A stretch of 64,000 bases of DNA from an uncultured Nanoarchaeota archaeon (GTDB lineage: Archaea; Nanobdellota; Nanobdellia; Pacearchaeales; GW2011-AR1): the NCBI GenBank assembly GCA_963743615.1, contig CAVUQF010000002.1, positions 129,697 to 193,696 of the forward strand. The letters are read 5' to 3'. Position 1 is the stretch's first letter. Each line of letters opens with the position of its first letter. Of the stretch, positions 1 to 10,570 are shown in pieces. Made by a program: the position numbers and the translations under genes. The notes beneath the pieces were generated by a model, which ran no database searches, was not told the DNA's origin, and was given only the letters and a program-made list of their open reading frames with translations.

Positions 1-159
1 CGCACGAAATCCTTTCGCGGATACTGTATAATGCCCCGGATTAGACTCGTCCGATGTTATTTTATATTCCATGAATGTAAACCCTGGGAGATTCTTCAAG
101 TTTATCAAAAAGACAACTTGAAGCTTCTCCTGGGGAAAAAGAGGTGATAGTAAACCTAT
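1..159 (-). CDS. possible partial hypothetical protein running off the left edge
   Basis: Frame open from an ATA at 157-159 (ATG further in) to position 1; TATA-like TTTATATA upstream on the minus strand. Confidence 0.3.
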   Translation of the reverse strand, partial: MGLLSPLFPQEKLQVVFLINLKNLPGFTFMEYKITSDESNPGHYTVSAKGFRA

Positions 160-327
160 AATTATCCGCTATATAAACCTTTCGGTTTTGTTACCCTTAA
201 AGAATGACAAGGACTTGTCAATATAGAGTAGTAATCTCCGCTACCTTTTTCATTGAAAAATAGGTACTACATCTGACAAAATGTAGGAACTACAAATATT
301 TATATAGAACTTTCATTTATATACTTA

Positions 328-1239
328 ATGGAAAAACAAGAGGAAAATAAGGCAAAGCCAGAGGTTAGCTCTAAACAAGAACAGATTCATGACTTATTAT
401 TTAGCAGAGAAATTAGTTGGCAGGAGATAATTTATGATTTGATCAACACAGAGCAGTTAGATCCCTGGGATATTGATATTGGGGTCCTAGCAAACAAATA
501 TTTGGAGAAATTAAGACGTCTTGAGGATGAAGACTTCTTCGTTTCAAGCAAAGTTTTGCTCGCAGCTGCTTTTCTTCTTAGGATAAAATCGGAATTATTG
601 CTAAGTAAGTATCTTAAAAGCATTGATGAGATCCTTTTTGGAAAGAAAGAAGAGAAAATTCAAAAAATAAATCTAGATGAACTTGACTTTGAGGACATTC
701 CTGATTTGATCCCTAAAAGTCCGCTGCCAAGATTCAAGAAAGTTTCATTAAAAGAGCTTATAGAATCTCTAAATAAGGCTATTATCACGGAAAACAGGAG
801 AATAAAGAAGGAAATAGTAAATACCAATGCGCTTAGAGAAACATCCATATCTCTTCCAAAAAGAAGGTTTAATCCAACAACCAAATCGAAGGAAATATAT
901 GAAAAGTTGCTTGATTACATAAAACAGAACTTTGCCGATAAAATTCCATTCTCGGAGCTTACTGGAGCAGATAAGGAAGAGAGGATTATTTCATTTTCAA
1001 TGCTTCTTAATCTAGAAAATCAGAGAAAGGTCTGGCTCGAACAGTTAGGTCATTTTGAGGAATTTTATATTTGGCCAAGAAGTCTTTATTTTAAGAAAAA
1101 TCCTGATTTTTTTGTTGATTTGATAAAAGAGTATGGGAAGGCATTGGATGAGGAAGCTAAAATTGCAGAAAATGTGGAAGATCCAGATATTTTTGAAAGT
1201 GAGATTATAGAATCTGAAAATTTGGGCAATAATCCTTAA
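328..1239 (+). CDS. scpA: segregation and condensation protein A (kleisin)
   Basis: LDPWDIDI and LLAAAFLLRIKSELL motifs; C-terminal wHTH with FSMLLNL. Confidence 0.85.
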   Translation: MEKQEENKAKPEVSSKQEQIHDLLFSREISWQEIIYDLINTEQLDPWDIDIGVLANKYLEKLRRLEDEDFFVSSKVLLAAAFLLRIKSELLLSKYLKSIDEILFGKKEEKIQKINLDELDFEDIPDLIPKSPLPRFKKVSLKELIESLNKAIITENRRIKKEIVNTNALRETSISLPKRRFNPTTKSKEIYEKLLDYIKQNFADKIPFSELTGADKEERIISFSMLLNLENQRKVWLEQLGHFEEFYIWPRSLYFKKNPDFFVDLIKEYGKALDEEAKIAENVEDPDIFESEIIESENLGNNP

Positions 1240-1264
1240 ATATAGTTGATTTTTGTAGAAGCTT

Positions 1265-1573
1265 ATGAATGAAGATGATGTAATACATTATGATAACGAA
1301 AAAGTTATACTAAAATATTGCTTCGATCCTGAGAAGGGCTTGTCTAAAATAGCAAGTTTTGTTCCAGTTTCATCAGGTACTATCTTTAGGAATGGTGATT
1401 ATGAGGTGATGGAGGAGATAGCACAAATCTATCTAGTAAAAGATGCATTAGATAAAAGAGGACTAAGATCTCTTATAGAAATTGAGGAAATTATGCAGGA
1501 TCTTGAAGTTGATACTTCAGGAAAGATGGTATTAACTCTAAGGGGAAAGGCAGTCTACAAAAAACATAGATAG
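1265..1573 (+). CDS. hypothetical protein
   Basis: 102-aa ORF with TATA-like element upstream. Confidence 0.6.
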   Translation: MNEDDVIHYDNEKVILKYCFDPEKGLSKIASFVPVSSGTIFRNGDYEVMEEIAQIYLVKDALDKRGLRSLIEIEEIMQDLEVDTSGKMVLTLRGKAVYKKHR

Positions 1574-1625
1574 TGAGTCATGCACCTAGCGCTTATTATA
1601 TAAATCATTTCTTACATATAAAAAT

Positions 1626-2309
1626 ATGAAACTAGGAGTTCTATTTTCGGGAGGGAAAGACTCTACTTACGCTGCATGGCTTGCAAAAAAGCAGGGTTAT
1701 GAAATAACTTGTCTTATTTCTATAGTTTCTTTGAACAAAGATTCCTACATGTTTCACACACCATCTATATCTTCCACAGAAGTTCAGGCGAAAGCTATGA
1801 ATATCCATATAATTATTCAGAAAACAGGAGGAAAAAAGGAAGAGGAATTGAAAGATTTGAAAGATGCGATAAAAAAGGCGATTAAAGAGTACAAAATAGA
1901 GGGAATTGTTACGGGAGCTGTAGAAAGTGTTTATCAAGCTTCTAGAATTCAAAAGATTTGTAATGAGCTAGGTATTGAATGTTTTAATCCATTATGGCAG
2001 AAAAATCAATTTGAACTTTTGGAAGATTTGATAAAAAATAAGTTTAAAGTTATAATCACCGGAGTTTTTGCTTTTCCTTTTGATGAGAAATATCTTGGAA
2101 GACAAATTGATAAGAAATTTATTGAAGAAATGAAAGTTTTGAATCAGAAATATAAAATCTCTCCTGCCGGTGAAGGCGGAGAGTTTGAGAGTTTTGTTCT
2201 TGATTGTCCCTTATTTGAAAGACCATTAAAAATAAAGGGTTTTGAAAACATTGAAGAAGGGAAAAATAGCTGGAGAAGAGAGCTAAAGTTTGGATTATAT
2301 CTGAATTAG
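1626..2309 (+). CDS. dph6: diphthine--ammonia ligase
   Basis: PP-loop SGGKDS, SYMFH, PLW, GEGGEFES. Confidence 0.92.
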   Translation: MKLGVLFSGGKDSTYAAWLAKKQGYEITCLISIVSLNKDSYMFHTPSISSTEVQAKAMNIHIIIQKTGGKKEEELKDLKDAIKKAIKEYKIEGIVTGAVESVYQASRIQKICNELGIECFNPLWQKNQFELLEDLIKNKFKVIITGVFAFPFDEKYLGRQIDKKFIEEMKVLNQKYKISPAGEGGEFESFVLDCPLFERPLKIKGFENIEEGKNSWRRELKFGLYLN

Positions 2310-4512
2310 TGCACCTTTCTTTTATTATATTTAACCACAAATCTTTTTTTAGTACTTATTCTCCGAGTTGGAATGAACTTTTTTATTACTACCACCAAAA
2401 GAACAATTCCTACCCCCGCTATTATTATAACTTGCCACCAAACTAGATTATTCTGATTGAATGGTCCCTTAATTTGCAATGTATTGTTACTCAAATTAGT
2501 TTGGTGGTTACCGTATGGTACAATAACTGACTGTCCTCCAATAGCAAAGTAGCTAAATGAATTAACGTTTGTTTGATAATAATAAAAGTTGCTATCTGTT
2601 TTATTTAAAGCGGTAGGAAGGGCTACCCATTGGTTATTTGTTAAATTATCTAACTTGTAAATTGATATCTTAGCGGGAGAAATATTATTTTCAGAAATCC
2701 AAGACTTATTTACTTTGAAAATTAGATTTGCATTTTGTAACAGTGCTAAGACCTGAGGATTATTAAAACTTATTTGGAGATATTGATATACTCGGCTTGA
2801 ATTTATGGAAGGTATTCCTGAAGGAGCGGAGGAATATTTATTTATGATTACATTCGTGCTCACTTCCCCGTTTGTAGTTATACTCATCTCATCCAAACTA
2901 AGCATTGGATCAAAACCGAGGGAAGGATTAGAGAAATTTAATACAGGGGTGTTTTGCGGGGTTAGTGTCGTTTGCAGGCTTGACTGGGTTGTTGCTGACG
3001 AACTTCCTCCTGAAGGACTAGAACCAATCCCTGAAGGAGTAGGGTTGACAGAATAGGTTGCACTTGAGGTTGCACTATTTCCTGCATTGTCGACTACAGT
3101 GCATGTGTAAGTATAAGTTCCGGAATTTAATGTACTTGGACTAGATGACAAAGTTGTAGAACTAACTCCTGAAGTTGCATCGGTTCCCGAACAACTGCAA
3201 TTAATTGAAGCACCAGTGTAAACAATAGAAGGGTTACATAAGGCCACTGCAAGGGGGGGAGTATTATCAATGATAAATGGATCAGAAAAATCAAAACTAG
3301 TCTGGTTTAAACTGTCTGTTGCCACGACTTTTACAAGATAATTTCCATCCGTAACTCCAATAGTGTTCCATGAATAGTTAAGATTTAAAGAATTATTGGA
3401 GACTATTGTCTGATTATAAGATTCATCAGGGTTGCTTAAGGTGATATTATAGAATGAGATATTATATCCGTTGGGGGAAATTGATTGTATATAAGAGATA
3501 TTGATAATGCCACTATAGCTGGTATTTGCCGGAATATAAACATGAGGAACGCTTGGAGGTTGCCCTGCTTCTTGTAATAAATCACTACTTACAGAAGAGC
3601 AGCTGGTGTTCCCTGTGTTATTGGTTGCGCAGGCATAATAATAAAATGTGGTTGTATTATCATATTGATGAAGATGTGCATCCACGGTATATGTTTGATT
3701 TGTCCATGTCCCCCCATTATTTCCCGATGTTTGCATTGCTCCTATTCTTGAAGTTACGGGAACGTTATAAACTTCCCAAGTACCCCCCCTCCATTTCTTA
3801 AGACAAGATAAGACACGGGAGTAACATAAACTGCATTTTCTGCTAATCCTGTGGTGGTATTAACTGCCAAACTAACCAATTGATATTTAGAGTTATTTAA
3901 TCCTTGTTCACTAGTGTTGAAGGTTGGGTTTCCTGCAATAGAACCAAATTGTATACAATTTGAATTTATTGTAACAGTTCCAGATGAATAAGTTGAATTG
4001 CAATAAAAAACAAACAAGGAAGATGTCCCCGTTGTAGCATTAGCCATAAATTCAAATAAGTTATAAGCTGTGGTGTTAGAAACATTTAGAAATTGTATTT
4101 TTACAGCATTATTATTTGTCAAACCAACTATTGAGTGGGGTGTGTTTTCCATAATTTCTTGATTAATGTTGGTGTCTATTGGATACACATCGTTATCATC
4201 CAAATAAAAACTCCAATTCGTAGACGTATTTGTTCCGGATTCGTTGAAAAATCCAGAATAAGAAGTTCCATTTGAGTAATAATCCACATTGCTTGTCGAG
4301 GTGTTAGTCTTATAATACAAGGACACATTGGAAGCATTTATTGCTCCGGAAGTGGTATCCGTGATATTGTAACTTATGTTTACCCCGTTAGTATAAAGAT
4401 TTGTTGTATTTATATCGGCAGGGATCTGACTGATTATGATAAATAAGGGTGTACAGATAACAAAACTTACCAAAAAAACTATTAGAAAAGCAAGCACCAA
4501 CTTTTTATTCAT
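2306..4512 (-). pseudogene. PGF-pre-PGF domain surface glycoprotein, frameshifted in a G7 run
   Basis: ORFs 3754..4512 (signal peptide) and 2306..3736 (Ig-like, FKVNKSWI...FSYFAI, C-terminal TM) join across the C7 run at 3783-3789 (NGG/GGTWEVY). Confidence 0.8.
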
Positions 4513-4622
4513 CGTCTTATACTATGAAGTATATATTTAAAAATATATTTACAACTCTTTATCGCTTCTATTATATTTGAACCCTTCAAATTGTTTATAA
4601 ATAATATTTTTGTATATTAACT

Positions 4623-5237
4623 ATGGTAGATGAAGACAAATTTATAATGGTCTCTTTGGATGATGAAAAATCAAAAGCAGTAGCAGAAGTTTTATCTTCA
4701 AAAACCTGCAAGAGTATCATAGGATATCTAGCAGAAAATAAGGAGGCAAGTGAGAAAGATTTATCTGACAAACTGAACATACCCCTTAATACGATTGAAT
4801 ACAATCTCAAAAAACTTATTGAGTCTGGATTTGTACAAAAAAGAAAGAATTTCTTTTGGAGTAAAAAAGGAAAAAAAATTGCAATGTATGAGCTTTCAAA
4901 CAAATCAATTATAATCTCACATAAAAAACCAACAAAAGAAAAGATAAAATCAATTGTTCCAACAGTTATACTTACCTCTGTGGGGGCATTTGCCATATGG
5001 GCTTATGAGAAAATATCCGCTTCATTATCTTCATGTAGTTCTAGTATCCTTGGGAGAGGTACAGCGGCCTGTGCATATAACTCAGCAAGTATAGCTGCTC
5101 CTGTTGCAACTCAGATAGTCTCTCAGGCAACTTCTGGAACTACGGTCATAGCGTCATATCCTCTATGGGAATGGTTCTTACTTGGGGGATTAATTGCCAT
5201 ATTTATCTTTTCGGTTATAAATTGGAGAAAATTGTAA
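4623..5237 (+). CDS. ArsR-like winged-HTH regulator with two C-terminal transmembrane segments
   Basis: SEKDLSDKLNIPLNTIEYNLKKLIESGFV helix-turn-helix; two hydrophobic segments. Confidence 0.8.
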   Translation: MVDEDKFIMVSLDDEKSKAVAEVLSSKTCKSIIGYLAENKEASEKDLSDKLNIPLNTIEYNLKKLIESGFVQKRKNFFWSKKGKKIAMYELSNKSIIISHKKPTKEKIKSIVPTVILTSVGAFAIWAYEKISASLSSCSSSILGRGTAACAYNSASIAAPVATQIVSQATSGTTVIASYPLWEWFLLGGLIAIFIFSVINWRKL

Positions 5238-5248
5238 GGAGGTTTAAA

Positions 5249-6022
5249 ATGAAAAAAGAAAATAACGCCATTATTGTAACTTCAATAATTGCAGGTACAA
5301 TAATAATTTTGGGATTGCTGGCAATGTTTGTTTTTGTTCCTATGCTCTCGACAACAGGGAACACAATAAGTGTTCAGGGAACTTCCACGATACAAGCTAC
5401 TCCCGACTTGGTTGCAGTGTATTTTAACATACAAACAAATGGGACTACTAGTTCAGAGGCAAATGATGCAGACGCCGTTATTTACGGTAATTTAACCTCT
5501 GCTTTGCTCTCAATGGGATTTAATAATAGCCAAATTGGGACAGACAGTTTTACAATTTATCCTAATGTTGTTTATGATAGCCTTGGTAATGCAACGAACG
5601 AAGGGTATATAGCAAGTCAGACTGTAAAGCTTGAATTTTCTGCAAATGATACAAATAAACTTGCCTCAGTTATTGATGCTGGTGCAAATGCCGGTGCGGG
5701 AGTATCCTCAATAGACTTTGAATTAAGTCAAGCATTACAGAATCAGTACAAGTCGCAAGCTCTTACTTTAGCTTCGCAGGATGCAAAAGTAAAAGCAGAC
5801 GCCGTTGCCTCTGGTCTTGGAAAATCTGTGGGAAATTTGGTATCTGTGAGCGTGGATAACTTTGAATATGCTCCTTTTGTTGTATACAATGGGGTAGCAT
5901 CTGGAGGAGCATTAGCGGGACCAATGGTTGGAGCTACATCCGCAAAAACTGCTATAATGAATATTTCCCCCACAACACAGGATGTAAGTGCAAGTGTTAC
6001 AGCAGTATATAAGATTGTTTAG
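5249..6022 (+). CDS. SIMPL (DUF541) domain membrane-anchored protein
   Basis: TISVQG...PD, ALxxAxxDAKxKAxxxA, VSASVTAVY; start moved to ATG 5249 behind AAGGAGGT. Confidence 0.85.
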   Translation: MKKENNAIIVTSIIAGTIIILGLLAMFVFVPMLSTTGNTISVQGTSTIQATPDLVAVYFNIQTNGTTSSEANDADAVIYGNLTSALLSMGFNNSQIGTDSFTIYPNVVYDSLGNATNEGYIASQTVKLEFSANDTNKLASVIDAGANAGAGVSSIDFELSQALQNQYKSQALTLASQDAKVKADAVASGLGKSVGNLVSVSVDNFEYAPFVVYNGVASGGALAGPMVGATSAKTAIMNISPTTQDVSASVTAVYKIV

Positions 6023-6058
6023 GAAGTTAGATTTTTAACTTCCTTTTTTCTTTATTTT

Positions 6059-6556
6059 TTGATGATTTTGATAGTTAGTATTTGCAAAGAAGAACTTCAT
6101 TATTTTGAGTTTGTAAAGCCTGTTGAAGATATTTTAACAAACAGCAAAATATCTTTTTTTACAAAATTTTATCTTGAAGTTAAGGATTCAGATATAATAA
6201 AAGCTGATAAGATCATAATTTGTGGTACTTCCCTTAAAGACAATGATTTTATTATGCATATTGACAAATTTAGTTGGGTAAAAACGTTCAGCAAACCTAT
6301 CTTAGGTATTTGTGGTGGAGCTCATGTTATTGGATTAATGTTAGGATATAAATTAAAAAGTAATAGAGAAATAGGGTTTAAAGAGCTGGAGATCAAGGAA
6401 GAGTTCTTGGGAATTAGAGGTAAACTGGAAGTCTATCATTTACATCAATTTTCAGCACTTCCTGAAGTTTTTCACAAAGGAAATATATATGCAACTTTAT
6501 TTCACCCTGAAGTAAGAAACAAGAGTATTATAGAAAACTTTGCTAGAAAGATATAA
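6059..6556 (+). CDS. class I glutamine amidotransferase (GuaA-A-like, short)
   Basis: PILGICGG nucleophile elbow and FHPE. Confidence 0.75.
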   Translation: MMILIVSICKEELHYFEFVKPVEDILTNSKISFFTKFYLEVKDSDIIKADKIIICGTSLKDNDFIMHIDKFSWVKTFSKPILGICGGAHVIGLMLGYKLKSNREIGFKELEIKEEFLGIRGKLEVYHLHQFSALPEVFHKGNIYATLFHPEVRNKSIIENFARKI

Positions 6557-7316
6557 CTCTCAGAGGGCTGTCTGAAGCCTTTATTTCAACAGTATCTCCC
6601 CTATTGAACTCAAATATAGAATCGTTTATTGCTATTATCCCTCCATGATCCCTTGTTGACTCAATTATCAATTTTTCTTCCTCATTTATATCTCCATTAA
6701 GAAGAGTGGGTTTGAAGACTCTTTTTCCGAAATAAGGTTCTCTAACAATAAATTTCAGCTTTTTATCTGAATAGTGAAATGGTTTTCCTCCTGCAGACAA
6801 AAACCAAGCTTCAGATCCTGTTCCCGTTGAGACAATTACCCCAGAGCTCCTTTGTTCTTCTTTTTTACCTTTGAAATTTATTTTATACCTTGAACTATGA
6901 AATTGTGAAAATGCCCCAATATAAACTTCATTTAGGGCTTTTTCATCCAAAAGTCTTCCATTTATAATTACATCTGCCCTTTCCCTGATTATTATCTTGA
7001 AATTCCCTCTAGCTAGCTCCTTTAGCTTTCCAATTTCCCCAATTGTTATTGATGTCAAAGCCCCCTCGCTTTTTTTGGGATTTGAATTTATTCCCAGGAT
7101 CAAAGAACTATGGACAATATGAGCCGCCCTTGTAAATGTGCCATCTCCTCCTAAAGTTATTACAAGATCTTTATCTTCAAGGATATCTCTATTCATTGAA
7201 GTATAATCAATTACGGAAAAATTAGCTTCCGGAAAATTCTTTTTTATTTCTTCTATTTTGTTAAATAACTCTTCTTCAAGATCTTCTTTATGTAGTAGAA
7301 CTATATTTTTGAACAT
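6543..7316 (-). CDS. nadK: NAD(+) kinase
   Basis: GGDGT, ALNE, GVIVSTGTGS. Confidence 0.85.
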   Translation of the reverse strand: MFKNIVLLHKEDLEEELFNKIEEIKKNFPEANFSVIDYTSMNRDILEDKDLVITLGGDGTFTRAAHIVHSSLILGINSNPKKSEGALTSITIGEIGKLKELARGNFKIIIRERADVIINGRLLDEKALNEVYIGAFSQFHSSRYKINFKGKKEEQRSSGVIVSTGTGSEAWFLSAGGKPFHYSDKKLKFIVREPYFGKRVFKPTLLNGDINEEEKLIIESTRDHGGIIAINDSIFEFNRGDTVEIKASDSPLRVISF

Positions 7317-7340
7317 TTTTACAGAATTAATTCTGGCTAT

Positions 7341-7949
7341 TTATCTCTTTTCTTTCCTGTATATTACAACTAGATCTTCATCAGTTCCCGGTGATTTCCT
7401 TGATTTGTCAAAAATTCTTTTTGAGATAGATATGAATTTATTTGGTTTTTCTCCAGAGTTATGAACGTAAATAGTATTTGTATCATACCCTACGACAGGA
7501 ACGAAATGACCCTGATATCCTTTCTTTTTTTTGATAACATTCCAATCCAGAAGGATAATTGGAATACAATCTTTTCTGACAAATTTCAATATTTCTTTTA
7601 GGGAAAGTTCCCTTTCGGTTATTATCACCCCCGCCTTTTTGGCATCTTCAATCAGTTGCTTCATATACTTAATCAAGTTCATATCCAAATATTGTTTGTA
7701 AAAATCCATTTTTAGATTTTCTTCATTAAATAAGACATGTTTTGAATAGAATTGTGTTTTATACCCCAATTTTGATGCCGCTTCTGCAATTTGGATAGTT
7801 GCGACCCCCTTTCCTTCCTTTTTACCCATCAATCTCCCTAGTTCTTTAAGAGTCCTATTCTCTTTAAAATAGGCAAGGACCATCTTTAGAGCAGCTGGTC
7901 AGCAATCTGATGATGCTATTTGTTTATAGAAAGGAACTCTCAGCTTCAT
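7341..7949 (-). pseudogene. C39-like cysteine peptidase with an in-frame TGA
   Basis: ATG 7947-7949 reads MKLRVPFYKQIASSDC*PAALKMVL...; TGA at 7899-7901 replaces the Gly of DCGPAAL; GHFVPVVGYD catalytic His. Confidence 0.8.
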
Positions 7950-8554
7950 TTTCTTCTTTTTTCATGCCTTTTCTTATGCCTTTCAAAAGATTTATTCAAA
8001 GAATCTCCAATATTGTAGAATAAAATCCTAAACTGATTTTCAACATCATCCCATCCAATATCTTTTCCTCTATTTGCTTTATTCAACTTTTCTCTTATTT
8101 TCTCCTTTTCTTTTTCCCATTTAATATCTCCAAGTTTTTTTAATTCAAATCCTTCTTTTGCCAATTTTGCATATCCCGCGATAAGTACAATTATGAAAAC
8201 GACGGCAGAAATTAGCCCTGGATGGATTAAAACTCCTGAATTTGTATAAATTTCCATAAACTGCCATATTTTATACAAGAACGAGACGATTATTGTGCTC
8301 AGTATCGCGCTTGTTATGGGTGCTAGAAGATTGAAAGGAGATTCAAAATTCCAAAAAATTTCATTTATTACCCCAAAGAAGAAAAGTGAAAAAAATAAGG
8401 GGATATTTGCATTGAAGAAGTTTATCACATTAGAATACACAGAATTCTGAACACTCGTTGCAAGTATGCCCGCAACTAGAATTAAAGTCACAAGGATAAT
8501 GAATCCGACGCTTCTCCCAATAATTATTGACAATGCAGAATGGTGTCTCTTCAT
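7946..8554 (-). CDS. hypothetical membrane protein (4 TM)
   Basis: Four hydrophobic segments plus a charged tail; ATGA-coupled to the next gene. Confidence 0.7.
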   Translation of the reverse strand: MKRHHSALSIIIGRSVGFIILVTLILVAGILATSVQNSVYSNVINFFNANIPLFFSLFFFGVINEIFWNFESPFNLLAPITSAILSTIIVSFLYKIWQFMEIYTNSGVLIHPGLISAVVFIIVLIAGYAKLAKEGFELKKLGDIKWEKEKEKIREKLNKANRGKDIGWDDVENQFRILFYNIGDSLNKSFERHKKRHEKRRK

Positions 8555-8587
8555 TGCAGAAAATAGTTTTGGAAATTTATAAACCTT

Positions 8588-9730
8588 TTATAATTTTAAT
8601 TCCGATTCTCTTCCGGAGTCCATCTCTTTGACTTTAAACTTGCCCGATTGGACCTCTTTTTCTCCTACAAAAATAACTTTACTTATTTTGTATGAATTTG
8701 CGTATTCCAATGCCTTCGTCGGCTTGCCGTAGAATATTGAAACTTCTCTATTTTCCCTTCTTAATTTTTGTGCAAGTTTTATTGAATCTCTGTCTTCCCC
8801 AAGTGAAACAATTAGATATCTTTCTCTGTTGGGCTTGAGATTCGCAACTGCAGATAGCCTCTCAACTCCGAATGAAATTCCAGTACATTTCACACTATTA
8901 AATTCATAACTTCCCCCTGCAATTATAGTCTCTTTTATTCCTGAGGCTTTTATTTCAAATACCATCCCATTGTAATAACTTAGACCTCTTATCAAAGTTG
9001 GAGAGAATTTAACTTCCATTCCGTAAATTCTGCAATAGTCCATTAGGCTGATAATTTCTTTATATCCTTTAAATTTGTTAAAATAATCTTCATTCCGCTT
9101 TAATGCGTCAATAACTTTCTCTGCTTTTAGCTTTTTCAGATTTGCTTTTATATCCTTTTCTGGAATTTTGTCAAATTTGTCGATCTCTCTAAGAACGTCT
9201 TCTCTGCTGTTTTTTATCTTAAGATCATCAAGTATTTCATTGAGTAGCCTTCTGTTGTTAATAATAACAATAGGTTTTACATTTACCTCTCTCAAAATAT
9301 CATCCGCAAGAGAGAGAACCTCTGCTTCATCTCGAGTTGGAATATCAGAAACTCCAACTATATCTACATCACATTGAGTAAATTGCCTTAATCTATTCAA
9401 AGAAACGGGTTCATCACGAAAAACGGGTCCTACTTCATACCTCTTGTAAGGAAGTTTTTTATTATTCATGAGCCTCTTAAGCTGAAAGGTAAACTCATAC
9501 CTTAGTGCAAGGTTTCTCTTTCCCTTATCTTTTAACCTGAATATATCTGAAACAGCTTCATCCTTTTCATTCTCTCCTCTTACAAAATCTTCATGTTCAA
9601 TCACAGGAGTTTCTGCAGGTTGGAAACCGTATCTTTCAAAGTTTCTTAGAATTATTTTTTTTATTTCTGCAATCTTCTCAGCCTCTTCACCTGTAAAATC
9701 TTTAAATCCCTTTACTAATTCACTAGTCAT
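8588..9730 (-). CDS. hisS: histidine--tRNA ligase
   Basis: VKGFKDF, ALRYEFT, FRDEP...RLRQFTQCDVD, RGLSYYNG, GISFGVERL. Confidence 0.93.
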   Translation of the reverse strand: MTSELVKGFKDFTGEEAEKIAEIKKIILRNFERYGFQPAETPVIEHEDFVRGENEKDEAVSDIFRLKDKGKRNLALRYEFTFQLKRLMNNKKLPYKRYEVGPVFRDEPVSLNRLRQFTQCDVDIVGVSDIPTRDEAEVLSLADDILREVNVKPIVIINNRRLLNEILDDLKIKNSREDVLREIDKFDKIPEKDIKANLKKLKAEKVIDALKRNEDYFNKFKGYKEIISLMDYCRIYGMEVKFSPTLIRGLSYYNGMVFEIKASGIKETIIAGGSYEFNSVKCTGISFGVERLSAVANLKPNRERYLIVSLGEDRDSIKLAQKLRRENREVSIFYGKPTKALEYANSYKISKVIFVGEKEVQSGKFKVKEMDSGRESELKL

Positions 9731-9781
9731 TTTCTTCTCTGATAAAATAATATTTTCCTGCTTTTATACTTTTTCAAAAGA

Positions 9782-10018
9782 CTACCCTATTTTTAGAAAT
9801 AGGCTAATGGCAGTGAAGATTATTGTGGCTATAGACAAACTCCAGGTTGCAAAGACCAATTTTCTATTAACTAGTTCATCTCTGTAAGCAATATATTGTG
9901 GAAGAAGTTTTTTATGCAATTCCGAAGTGCTTAACCCTATATTGTGCTCCTTAAAATTCTTCTCTTCCATCTCGAGCATTCTTTCAAAACCCTCAACCCA
10001 ATCTTCAAACTTATCCAT
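9782..10018 (-). CDS. small hypothetical membrane protein
   Basis: 78 aa with a C-terminal TM. Confidence 0.5.
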   Translation of the reverse strand: MDKFEDWVEGFERMLEMEEKNFKEHNIGLSTSELHKKLLPQYIAYRDELVNRKLVFATWSLSIATIIFTAISLFLKIG

Positions 10019-10122
10019 ATATCTAAAGGAGATTTATTACTTAAATAATTTTCGAAATAATGAGATTATTATATATTATATAAGAGAACAATCCTTAAGT
10101 ATAAACTTTAGTCTATTAGTTT

Positions 10123-10416
10123 ATGGATAAAAGTACACCAAGATTAGATGATCCTCTGGGTCTCTGTAGATATCTAATAATGATAGAAAGGCCTTATGAT
10201 GTGATAGATCTGAAGGGATCTCAGCTCTACAGTTTAGATAAGGAAGCCGGGGGATTTGTCTCCGTGTATAAAATTGTTGAAGGGCGAGCCCCTGCGGAGG
10301 GGAGAGTGGGTCATATTACTAGTCAATGGGGATTTCAATTAGACCCCAAGTCTGATAAAACTATTCCTGAGCTTATGCAGGAAATTAGAAAGGGGCTTAT
10401 CCATCTTATTTCTTAG
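10123..10416 (+). CDS. hypothetical protein
   Basis: 97-aa ORF filling an intergenic gap. Confidence 0.55.
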   Translation: MDKSTPRLDDPLGLCRYLIMIERPYDVIDLKGSQLYSLDKEAGGFVSVYKIVEGRAPAEGRVGHITSQWGFQLDPKSDKTIPELMQEIRKGLIHLIS

Positions 10417-10429
10417 TTATGTAAAAAAG

Positions 10430-10501
10430 GGTGGAAAGCGAGAATCGAACTCGCGTTACACGAGCCACAGTCGTGCGTTCTGCCACTGAACTACATCCAC
10501 C
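10430..10501 (-). tRNA. tRNA-His(GTG) with genomically encoded G-1
   Basis: Cloverleaf GTGGATGTAGTTCAGTGGCAGAAC...CTGTGGC...GTTCGATTC; C73 discriminator. Confidence 0.93.
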
Positions 10502-10570
10502 ATGAAAAACTATAGAAAAAATACTATAAAAAGATTCTTATGGATGATACCTTTGGAAACAAGTATATTC

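Noticed and set aside
264..290. Inverted repeat GTACTACAT-N8-ATGTAGGAAC upstream of scpA as an eighth regulon site
   Set aside because: Spacer length and distance to the TATA box differ from the 9-4-9 pattern; may be a different operator.
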